NCBI GenBank assembly: GCA_001275005.1
Contig: JWZX01002709.1
Location: 1-62,761, forward strand
Source: Chrysochromulina tobinii
Lineage: Eukaryota
Direction: 5' to 3'
DNA: 62,761 nucleotides
Shown: positions 11,013-20,815 of the stretch, in pieces
How positions within the stretch are numbered: the first letter of the stretch is position 1
How the letters are laid out: each line of letters starts with the position of its first letter
The notes under the pieces: model-generated
Databases searched by the model: none
Told to the model about the DNA's origin: nothing
What the model saw: the letters and a program-made list of their open reading frames with translations, nothing else
Made by a program: the position numbers and the translations under genes

Positions 11013-13503
11013 ATGAGCGGGCTCACGCGCCGTTGCGTCATCCCCGTGCCCGCCGGCGCGAAGCCTGGTCACACGCTGACGGTGCAGACGGATGCGGGAC
11101 TGTTCCAGCTGGCCGTGCCGGCCAAGATCGCGCGCTTGTTTGTCGCCGACCTGCCCGTGCCCGAAGGCTGCGCGCTGCCGCACCTCACGGTGGCGTGGGT
11201 GCGCGTGGGCGGAGCGGATGCACCGGATGCGCCGTGCGAGAAGCCTCCTCGCTCATTCCACGCAGACCACGCGCTTGACCGCGGCGAGGAGGAGGGCGCG
11301 GCCGACGACGGCAACGCCGAGGCCGCCGGCGCGGCGCCCTCCGCCGCGCCACTGCGCGTCACCGTGCACGGCATCCGCACCAACTCCCAAGCGGTCACCG
11401 AGTACTGCGTCAAGGTGTACCGCGAGCTGTCCCGCGGCGAGCAGCGGCCGTTGGGCGAGCACTGGCACCGCTACTCGGCGTTCTCGCAGCTGCACGATCG
11501 TCTCGGCGTCTTCCCAGGCGCCTTCCCCGTCGATAAGAAGCGCTGGGTGCACACGGACCAGGTGCGTCATGGCCGCGGATGGCCTCTCGGATGGCCTCTC
11601 GGATGGCTTCCCTGATGATGACCTCTCGGATGACCTCTCGGATGGCTTCCCTCATGACCTCCCTGATGCCCTCCCTGATTGCCTCCCTCATCAGGTGCAC
11701 GAGCATCGCGAGGCGCAACTCAATCAGTACATGGCGCGGCTGCTCGCTCGATACGAAGCTCTCGCCGCGAAGCAGCGGCTGTACGCGACCGCCGAGGCGC
11801 CCGGGACGGCGCCCCATGAGGCGGATGAGCTACCGGCTGCCCTTCGCGCCTTTTTGGGCGTCGAGGGTGACGAAGCCAAGGTGACGAAACTTGCCTGATG
11901 GCCTGCCTGATGGCCTCGCTGATGGCCTCCCTCATCAGGTGACGAAACTTGCCTGATGGTCTGCCTGATGGCCTGCCTGATTGCCTCACTGATTGCCTCC
12001 CTCATCAGGTGATGAGATGGTTCCTCTGATTGCATCTGATTGCCTCCCTCATCAGGTGATGAGATGGTTCCTCGGCGTCTCTTCGACGAGTTACGAAACC
12101 GGCGGCGGCAAACTCGGCGGTAACGGCGGCAGTCACGGCGAGGTGAAGTGAAGTGTGGAAGCTCATCTCATCTGATTGCCTCTGATTGCCTCACTGGTCG
12201 CCTCACTGATTGCCTCCCTCATCAGGTGAAGTGTGGAAGCTCATCTCATCGCAATGACGCACGAAGTGGGCTGGACTTGCCTAATAAGGTCACGTTCGAG
12301 CGTGGGCCGGACTTGCCTAATAAGGACCCTTCCGAGATCGATACGAGATCGTGGCAAGATCGCCTCTGCTGCTGCCTCCAGCCTACCCAACTGCAAGTCG
12401 CCATGGTTGCTGTGAACATGGGTGCTGTGAACATGGGTGCTGCACCTTCCGACGGCACCGCTGTCACCATCGCACCCGCAGCTACAGGCCGGAGTGCTAC
12501 AGCCAGCGGCCACGCAGGGGCTAAGGGCGGCGCGACCGCTGGTGCTGGGGCTAAGGGCGGCGCAATCGCTGGTGCTGGGGCTAAGGGCGGCGGCACCGCG
12601 GGCGCGGCCAAAGGCGAAGAGCGCGGCAGCGAAGGGCGCGGTGCCCGAGGCGGCGCGGCGCCCGTGACGGCGCCCGAAGGCCACGCGACGGCGCTCGATG
12701 CGGCGAAGCGTTGTAATGAGCGCTTCGATTGGGCGGGCGCGCGCGCCGCTCTCGCGCCATGGACGCACCAGCACGACGCTCGCACCCTCATCGAGCGCAC
12801 CATTTGCAACCTGCAGGTGACGAAACCTTCCTGATGGCCTGCCTGATTGGCCCGCCTGATTGCCTCGCTGATTGCCTCACTCATCGAGCGCACCATTTGC
12901 AACCTGCAGCTCGCCGAGGACGCTGTGGAGGAGCAGCCGCCGGATGGGCGGCGCGCCAAGGAGCGAGCGGCCGAGGCGCTCGAGACGGCGCGGCGCGCGC
13001 TCGAGACGGCGCCCGACGACGCGGCGGCCCATATTTGGTACGGGCAGGCTGTCGGCACGCATGCAAAGGTCTTCGACCCGGGGCTGGGGCAGGGGCGCGT
13101 GTGCAACGTCCTCGTGCAGCACTGGGACCGCGCCGTCGAGCTCGCCCCGCAGGACCCGTTGCCGTACCACCTGCTCGGCTCGTTTGCTTTCCACACGTCG
13201 GCGCTGCCGTGGGCGACCCAGAGCATCGTGCGCACCCTCTCCCCCGGGCTGCGCAAGTTCACAGCGGACGACGCGATGGAGCTGCTTCGTCACTCGGAGG
13301 CGCGCATGCCCTCGCCGCCGAGCCACTACGCCGTCACCAACCGCTCGATGCTGGGCCGGCTCCACCTGCGCAAGGGCCAAAAGGGCGAGGCGCGCGTGTG
13401 GCTCGACAAGGCGCTCGACACGGCGCTCGAGCTCGACAAGGCGCTCGATCGGTCCGCGCAGAAGGCGGCAGACGAGGCCCGCAAGGCGCGCGCGAAGCTG
13501 TGA
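11013..13503 (+). CDS. PX-domain protein with C-terminal RMDN/TPR-like region, multi-exon
   Basis: PX: TEYCVKVY...WHRYSAFSQLHDRL...FPVDKK...REAQLNQYMARLL; C-terminal AHIWYGQAVG...WDRAVELAPQDPLPYHLLGSFAF resembles regulator-of-microtubule-dynamics proteins. Joining into one gene is inferred from GT-AG introns. Confidence 0.7.
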
Positions 13504-13826
13504 GACGAGAGACGTGAGACGAGCTGACGCACCAACTGTCGGCGGTCAAAATTACGGCGTTGGAGCTTGGACGATGACGATTGAAACCGCGTTTAGATGA
13601 TTGTACTGACGTGCCAAAGTAGTACAGCTGTTTAGCTTATAGGAATAGTAAAATCCGTATCGGCTATCGCGCGCACGTTCAATGCATAGCGCTTTTTGGC
13701 AATGGCTGTCCGCAGGCATGTAACCCGAAAGCAAATCCAAAATGCAAACAGGGAGGAACACAACTCCTGAACACTTCACTCTTCAGCACGGCACGCCCTA
13801 AATCTAAAATCGACGCCCGGTATGCG

Positions 13827-16568
13827 CTATGCCTGATAGGGATTGTCCGTCGTGGTGCACAGCTTCTCGCCGCCATTGCAACGGTGGTAGGCGATGACGT
13901 AGTCGATGTGCACGTACTCGGAGTGGAAGAGGACAAACTCGCGGTAGCGCACGATATCCTTGCCCAGCTCGGCGATCAATGAGTGGTGTTCGATTGGTGG
14001 CGTGACGCCCGGAACCGGCGAGAGCTCCCGAAAGCTTTTGGGGAAGATGGGTGTGAGATCGTCCATCGAGGTGGCCTTCTTACCCGTCTGCTGCGTGCGC
14101 ACGGGGTAGCCGAGGGCCGCGCGCACCACGAGAACGTAGAAGACGTCGCCCGGGTGGCGCACGGTTCTGCCGTACAGCCGCTTGTGCAGGTCACTGCTCG
14201 GGTCATACTCGCTGTCGGCTCCGACATACTGATCCGTCTTGCCAACATCCTCCGCGAGGTAGACGCCGTCGCCGAAGGCGGTGCCCGCGCCGGTGCCCGA
14301 GTAGCGCTCGTTCAGGCCCGTGGACAGCAGCCCTAGCAGCCGATCCGGGATGGTGCCATGCAGTAGGATGGCCTCGTTGGCGCCTGCCTTCATGGTGAAG
14401 CCTTCTGCGGCACGAGCCGTCGTCTTCACCGGCAGGCCGGGCACCTTGTCGACATCCTTGCCCTTCTTCTTGAGCCGATCCATCTCCTTCTGAACGCGCT
14501 TCACGCCGGCCGTGTACTTGTCCAGGTTGTCTGGATGATCTACCTTCCACGCGCAGGCAAGCTTCAGCGAGTCATACGGGCCGTACTTTTTCAACACGTC
14601 CTTGCCCTTGCCGAGCCAGCCTGGGTGCTCTGTCTCAAGTAGCGCCTCGAGCGAGCGTCGCACGCTTGCATCGGACGCGAGCAGAGGCCGAAGGGCAAAG
14701 CCGTCCTTCTCCTTCGCCCATTCAGCCCTCTCCTCCACCCAATCCTTCTGGGCTTCTGGTAGTCCAATCCAGGTCATGGCACGGCGAAGCATTGACGGAG
14801 GCCGCCTTCTTCGCTGCGCGGCCTCCTGCGCTGCGGCCTTCTCTGCGGCCGCCTTCTCATCGGCTGCTCTCTTGGCCGCCGCCTCCTTCTCAGACGTCGA
14901 CGTATTCTCCATCTTGCAGCTGGGGGCCTTGGCATACTCCTTGCCATCCCACTCCTCCCAGACCGCGGTCGACTGGTGCGGCAGACTGGCCGACGTATCC
15001 TCCAATCTCATGAAGCCTGCGTCTTTAAAGTCCACATCCTTGCCCTCCTGTACAAACCAGTTGCCATCGGAGCCAACTGCGATCCATTTGTCCGCCGTCG
15101 CATGCTTCCACACCGGCTTCCCGTTGGCTATGCGTTGCGGCCCCAGCAAGTAGGTGCCCAGGCACTCCGTCTTGTGCTCCAGCTCTCCGCAGAGGCTCAA
15201 CGAGGTGGGCACGTCCCCGAAGCACTTGCAGCTGAGGGCCTCCTGCCACTTTATTGCCGTATTATCCCACTCCCCCCAGACCGCGGTCGACTGGTGCGGA
15301 AGACTGGCCGGCGTGTCCTGCGACAAACAGTATTGATAACCGCCCAGATCCTCGCGATCCTGTACCGCCCACTTGCCAAAGGAGGCCCATGCGATCCATC
15401 TGTCCTCCGTCTCATGCTTCCACAACGGCTTCCCGTGAACGTTGTACGATTGCGGCTTCAGCAAGTAGGTGCCCAGGCACTCCGTGTGGAGCTCCAGCTC
15501 TCCGTAGAGGCGCAACGTGGTGGGCACTGGCTCCCTTGGCGCCAAGTCGTGGGCCCAGTTCGCATCGACGCGTGAGCCATAGTGTACTAGCACCACATCG
15601 AGCGGCCAGCCCTGGTACAGATCGAGCGCATGAGAGATCGCATCACGGATCCATTCGTATCGGTTGCCGAAGACGCCTCCGCCGAGCGCCGTCAGGTAGC
15701 ACTTGACGCGCGCGCCTCCAGCTTCTAGGGAGCGTACAGCTCCGACGGCGAGCGTGGCCTCGTACGCAGCGCGCAGCACGAGGCGCGCAAAGGGCTCCCA
15801 GTCGATCTCTGGCGTCCCGCGCGCGTAATTGCAGGGCAGCGCGGACGCGTACACTTGGCACACGCGGTGCTCGAGCGGCGGCGCCACCGAGGTCTCCCAG
15901 TGCACGCCGACGCGCAGTGCGGCCTCGGCCTGCTCGACCAGGTTGGGCTCCGTCCTGAGGCGTGCGGCGAGCTCGGTCAACGAGTCGCGCCCCACCGGCA
16001 TCGCGTAGCCGTTCTGCATGCCCCAGTAGCGTCCGTCGTCGTTGCCGACGGCCACGCCCACCGCCTTCAGGGTGTCAATCTGCACGGGGTGCTGCCCTGT
16101 GTTGCCCTCGTGCTGCACGAGGTAGTTGCGATACACGGTCGCGGCCGGGCACGCGAGCGCACACGCGAAGCCCTGGGTTTTGTCGTTGACATAGATGCCA
16201 ACGCCAGCAGTGGGCGACACGCTGGGGTTCGTCGTCTCGAGGCAGTTGAACTGACTGGCCGCCTGGAAGACTGCACCGGCATTACTCGGCTCGTAGTGTA
16301 GCGGTCCGACGCCCGCCGGCGCGGCAAGGTGCGCGAAACTAAGGCCAGCCGACGGCGCCGCCGCACAGGGTCCGGCGGCCAGCTTGCTGCGCAGTTCGGC
16401 GACAGACGGGCACTCGAAACGCCCAACGAACTGCCTTGGAAACTGCGGAGCGGTCCTGCACACGAGCGTATCGCCATCCATCTGGAAGTGGTTTACGTTG
16501 TCTCCCCACGTGCTGCTCTCGTCGAAGCCGAAGAGGTCACGGAACCACGCTGGCTTCTCGCGCTGCAT
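13827..16568 (-). CDS. Intronless protein: putative macro-like N-terminal domain + two Trp-rich ~100-aa repeats + PARP catalytic domain
   Basis: C-terminal NEAILLHGT, AFGDGVYLAE, YREFVLF give the PARP H-Y-E triad; N-terminal FQAASQFNCLE and ALGGGVFGN; probable start MQREKPAWF at 16568 (ORF open to 16688). Confidence 0.88.
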   Translation of the reverse strand: MQREKPAWFRDLFGFDESSTWGDNVNHFQMDGDTLVCRTAPQFPRQFVGRFECPSVAELRSKLAAGPCAAAPSAGLSFAHLAAPAGVGPLHYEPSNAGAVFQAASQFNCLETTNPSVSPTAGVGIYVNDKTQGFACALACPAATVYRNYLVQHEGNTGQHPVQIDTLKAVGVAVGNDDGRYWGMQNGYAMPVGRDSLTELAARLRTEPNLVEQAEAALRVGVHWETSVAPPLEHRVCQVYASALPCNYARGTPEIDWEPFARLVLRAAYEATLAVGAVRSLEAGGARVKCYLTALGGGVFGNRYEWIRDAISHALDLYQGWPLDVVLVHYGSRVDANWAHDLAPREPVPTTLRLYGELELHTECLGTYLLKPQSYNVHGKPLWKHETEDRWIAWASFGKWAVQDREDLGGYQYCLSQDTPASLPHQSTAVWGEWDNTAIKWQEALSCKCFGDVPTSLSLCGELEHKTECLGTYLLGPQRIANGKPVWKHATADKWIAVGSDGNWFVQEGKDVDFKDAGFMRLEDTSASLPHQSTAVWEEWDGKEYAKAPSCKMENTSTSEKEAAAKRAADEKAAAEKAAAQEAAQRRRRPPSMLRRAMTWIGLPEAQKDWVEERAEWAKEKDGFALRPLLASDASVRRSLEALLETEHPGWLGKGKDVLKKYGPYDSLKLACAWKVDHPDNLDKYTAGVKRVQKEMDRLKKKGKDVDKVPGLPVKTTARAAEGFTMKAGANEAILLHGTIPDRLLGLLSTGLNERYSGTGAGTAFGDGVYLAEDVGKTDQYVGADSEYDPSSDLHKRLYGRTVRHPGDVFYVLVVRAALGYPVRTQQTGKKATSMDDLTPIFPKSFRELSPVPGVTPPIEHHSLIAELGKDIVRYREFVLFHSEYVHIDYVIAYHRCNGGEKLCTTTDNPYQA

Positions 16569-16829
16569 CGGAAATGGCGAGCGCTTGCTGCCTCTCTCCG
16601 TGTGCTTCGCCCACGCTGTGGGACCTCCACACGATAGCAAGGGGATAGAACTAAAGTTCTGCATCTGTAACGGTCTGGTAACGGTCACTTCAGTCGGTCA
16701 GTTTCGTCGCTGTCCCCCCGCGCTACCAAGCTATCATTTAGCTATCATCGCAAAGACAAGGCTCTGATTTTAATCATAACACAGCCTTATTAAAACACAG
16801 CCTTCAGCGCATAGCTTTCATGCGAGATT

Positions 16830-18502
16830 TCAATCGAAAGAACCCACCTCACGCTTGGAGCGCCCGCCTCCCCAGTACTTGCCCGACGAAAGGTCGCCCG
16901 CCTCGACCGCGGCCCACTGCTTTGCATGGTCCTTGATGCTGAGGCCGCGCTCGCGCGCCGCCGCGCTCGACGCCAGCTTGCGCTCCTTCTCGCGCTCGAG
17001 CTGCTCACGCTCGCGCCCCCTCTGTGTGGCACGCTGCCGCTCGTGCTCCGCCTTGAGCTTCGAGTGCAGCACCTGCGGTGACAGTCCGCGCAATCCGCTC
17101 TCTCAGAATGCTCAACAGGAGGGCCCAGGGCTGGCGACTCGGGGCTGGCGAGTCTTTGAGTCCATGGCGAGTCTTTGAGCGCGGCACGTGCCTTCTGGCG
17201 CTGCTCAGCAATCTCGGCGGCAATCAAGAGGCAATGAACGACACTCACCTGCTGGCGCTGCTCAGCAATCTCGGCGGATGAGAGATTGAGCCGGCCGCCG
17301 CCGTCGGGCAGCTTGTCGTACGATGACGCCTCCGCCTCGCGCGGCGGGCGGATCGCATGCTCGATCGCCTCCTCGAGCTCGACTAGTGACACCATCAGCT
17401 GCGGCTTGAGGATGAGCTCTACGTCCTGCGCCGTGCGCCCGTTGCGCGCGACACACTTGACACGCTCCGTCAAGGTGACGTCGGCTCCGCTGCCGCCGCT
17501 CTCAGACTCCGACGACGCTGTCGCAGCGGCCACACGCTGCACCCGCATCTCGAAGGCGGGCACATGCGACGCAACCTGGTGCAGCCGGCCCGGCACGCAT
17601 GTCTTGACCAGGTGACCCTTGCACAGGCGGCGCAGCACGATCTGCAAGCCTTCACAGTGCGTGCTGTGGTTGAGCACAATGCGCCCGTCTCCAACTTGGC
17701 TCGCCTCTTCTGCGCCGTCTTGGGCGCCGTCTCGTGCCGGCTTCACATTCACATTCACATTCACATTCACGCTGCGAGAGGCTGACATGGCGGCGTCGGC
17801 GCTTACGCTTACGCGTGCACGCTGCTCCGCACGTGCGGCGTCGGCAATGCGTGCCTCCGCCTGCTGCGCCGCCTTGACGCGTTTCAGCCGTTCGCGCGCG
17901 GCGTCCGCTGCCAAGCGCAGCGGTATCGTATCTTGCGGATCGAGCGTATGCAGCAGCGGCATGGCCGCAAGCAGCGCCTGCCTGATCTCCTCTACAGACT
18001 CCGCAAAGTCGAGCTGAATCATGAGTAGCACGGGCGCATTCTCTGCGGTGTCCGTCAAATCCTCCGCTGCCCCCGATGCGGGCGGCACCTCAGCTGGCAC
18101 TGTCGTCCTGAGCTCCTCGTACAGAGCCCGATCATGCATGGCCTCGAGAGCTTCGATGTTCGCCTCGGGGTCGGCGAGCAGCTCAAGAAGATACTCAAGG
18201 TCGTCGCGCAACCCGTCGGCGCAGCCTGCCGGGAGCACCTCGCCATCAATCTTGTGGATGATCGTCGCAAGGCGCTCTTCGTGGAACCGGCAACGCTCAA
18301 TCATAGGATCATTATCGCCCAGTAAGGTCGCGCGATCTTGGAAACTGACCACAGTGCTCCTGAGCCACTCTGGCGCGATTCGGTGGCTCTCTTTTGCTGC
18401 CACTACTGCCGTCTTGCGCTGCTCCGCACGGGCTGCTAGCTTCTCCGCCCTAGCACGTGCCTGCTCGGACTGCGAAAGCCGCGACTTCTCGCCGCCTCCC
18501 AT
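16830..18502 (-). CDS. Coiled-coil protein containing a DUF2103-like domain, two exons
   Basis: GRIVLNHSTHCEGL...KTCVPGRL...FEMRV...KCVARNGRTAQDV recalls DUF2103; intron at about 17073-17248 (CAG/GTGAGT ... CGCAG/GTG) joins the last exon VLHSKLKAEH...VGSFD*. Confidence 0.65.
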
Positions 18503-19169
18503 AGAGGAAATGAAGGAGTCGATGATGGAAGTTTCGTAACGAAATAACGAAACATCATGTGGTTTCGAATCGAAATCCGAAGGGAGCGCTACTTTCATGA
18601 AAATGAATGCTCACAACGAAACGCGGGCACGGGGAATTCATCCCGAGCTCGAGGGTAAGTCCACTCACCGCAGTCGAACTCCTCGACCACCGTCATCGGT
18701 CATCCGCTCATTCCATTCTGGTCCCCGTCACCATCCTCCGCTCCTCGTTAGCTCCTCGTCCTCATACCTCATCCTCGCGCTCGCGCTCAGCGCCCTCTTG
18801 TCGCCGCCGCCATCGGCTGCCTCCTTGCCAATGCTCCTTGCTGCCGCCCTTACCGCCGCCACCGGCCGCGCCCTTCTTATGCTTGATCAGCGTATCCTCC
18901 TCGTCGTCGCTCTACTCCTCTTCACAGTCAGAAGGCGCCGTCCTGGGCGTCACCTTATGGCCGCTTGTGCTTCTGTCTGCGCCCACCACGGCGTTCCCTC
19001 TGCCACTGCCACCCTTGGCCTCGCCCTCGACCTCGGCGGCGCCCACACTACCCCTCACCATGGCGCTCACGACAGCGCTTTCGCGAGGGAGACGACGCCG
19101 TGGTGGGCGCTGCCTCGGTGGGGCGCACGGCATGCACATGACAGCGCGCGGCATGCCGTCGTGCTGTTC

Positions 19170-20345
19170 TCAGACGAGTATCGATGGTCCGGAATCTGCT
19201 TTGGCACCAGACGGGGCTGGGGGGGCCTTGGCCGCGCTGTCTTGAGCAGACCCCCACCCCTCGCTGATCGGGCGTGCGAGCGCCATGCCGAGCACCACCG
19301 TAAGCAGCATTAGCATCAGGCCGGGCGCTCCCGGTGCAGCGCCGACGTCAACGAGCAGCGGGCCGGGGCACAGGCCGCTCGCGCCCCATCCGACGCCAAA
19401 GAAAACCGACCCGATCAGCAGCGAGCGATCGACAGGGGGGGGCGACGCCGCTCCCCACACGGTCGCCTCTTGAATGCCCACGCGCGCGGCGACTCGGAAG
19501 GACACGAAGGTCGTAGCGAGCGCTGTGCAGAACAGAACCCAGAGCGTGCCATCGAAGGCGGCGGGACCGAGCGCGCCTAGAACGACACTCGGGCGCACCA
19601 TGCCGCCGATAGAGAGCCCGATCGCGAAGCACCCCCCGCTCCACAGTCCCAAGAAGACCTCCCTGGCAGTCGACTTTTCCGGGAGGAGTGCGAGGCCGGC
19701 GGCGAGCGCGAGCGCCAGGCTGCCGGCGAGCTGGGCGGCAAGCCCGGTGGTCGTGGCCGCTGTAGCACCGATGGGCACGATCGCGATGGGCAGGATGGCG
19801 CCGAGCGTACCGTCACTTGTGATCGTCATGGTGACGTTGGAAATCGTCGTGGTGATGCTTGTGATCGTCATGGTGACGCTGGAAATCGTCGTGGTGATGA
19901 TGGCGGCCACCATAAAGATCGGCACAGCCACGAAAGAGCGATAGGATAGGCGAGAGAGGCCGCATAGGCCGTGGCCGCTGGTGCACCCATTCGCAAGCGC
20001 GGTGCCGATGCCGACGCAGATGCCGGAAAACGCGAGCACTAGCGAGGGAGCTGGCGGAGCCGAAAAGCTTGAAGGCAGCAGCACCTTCATGAGGGCGCCG
20101 CCTGAGAGCAGGCCGCCAGTGAAGGCAATCTTGGAGGTCTCGTGAGGGCCGAGGAGGAGGGCCTTGAGGGCGCCCGAGCAGCCGGCAATACGGCGGGAGA
20201 AGAGCATGTACACACCGCATGCAACGCCGATGAAGAGGCCGCCGATGAAGGCTTCGAGGGGTCGGAAGGTGGACATCGTGCTCGCGGTCGGCTCCCAATC
20301 GCGATGCACATCGGTGATCGTCTCGGATTCGGGGAAGGTGGACAT
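19170..20345 (-). CDS. YeeE/YedE family sulfur-compound transporter, both halves in one polypeptide
   Basis: Motifs RIAGCSG, GTALANGCTSGHGLCGLSRLSYRS, FAIGLSIGGM, FGVGWGASGLCPGP; multiple TM segments. Confidence 0.9.
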   Translation of the reverse strand: MSTFPESETITDVHRDWEPTASTMSTFRPLEAFIGGLFIGVACGVYMLFSRRIAGCSGALKALLLGPHETSKIAFTGGLLSGGALMKVLLPSSFSAPPAPSLVLAFSGICVGIGTALANGCTSGHGLCGLSRLSYRSFVAVPIFMVAAIITTTISSVTMTITSITTTISNVTMTITSDGTLGAILPIAIVPIGATAATTTGLAAQLAGSLALALAAGLALLPEKSTAREVFLGLWSGGCFAIGLSIGGMVRPSVVLGALGPAAFDGTLWVLFCTALATTFVSFRVAARVGIQEATVWGAASPPPVDRSLLIGSVFFGVGWGASGLCPGPLLVDVGAAPGAPGLMLMLLTVVLGMALARPISEGWGSAQDSAAKAPPAPSGAKADSGPSILV

Positions 20346-20815
20346 CGTCCTTGCAATGTCGGTGTAGTTGTCGGTGTCCAGACGCGGCGCGGCTTTTGAC
20401 TCGGTTCGGAGAGGTTACTCTTTTTGCTGTGGAAGCCTGGAGACCAGACAAAAGTACATCATTATAGAAGGGTATACCTCATCCAAATATGTTCAAGTTC
20501 AAAGTTCAATAGGCTTCCATAATGTAGTAACTTGAACATCAAAATATAGAATGCGGCCAGATACTCACCACACCTTCATCTCCGCTGCCCCTTACAGGAC
20601 AGTCGAGTCACCGCAATCTCGAAACCACCCCACTCTCTCACACTCCTCTCCCTCGATGCATGGCCGTGACTGTGCCGTCGTACACGGTTGGTACTGCCAA
20701 AAGGTAGCTGTTTGGCTGAGCGCCAAGAATGAGATCAGTTCGATTGCGTCCAAGATGATGCGTCACAGACCTCGGCGGCCTCTGATGGCTCCTCACCACC
20801 TTTGAGCTTTGTCTC

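Noticed and set aside
13795..13812. TTAGATTTAGGG after the first PARP gene as a telomere seed
   Set aside because: Too short and imperfect to distinguish from chance.
18597..19313. 238-aa plus-strand ORF and a stop-interrupted acidic/Gly-rich minus frame
   Set aside because: Low complexity and no motif; cannot decide between gene, pseudogene or UTR.
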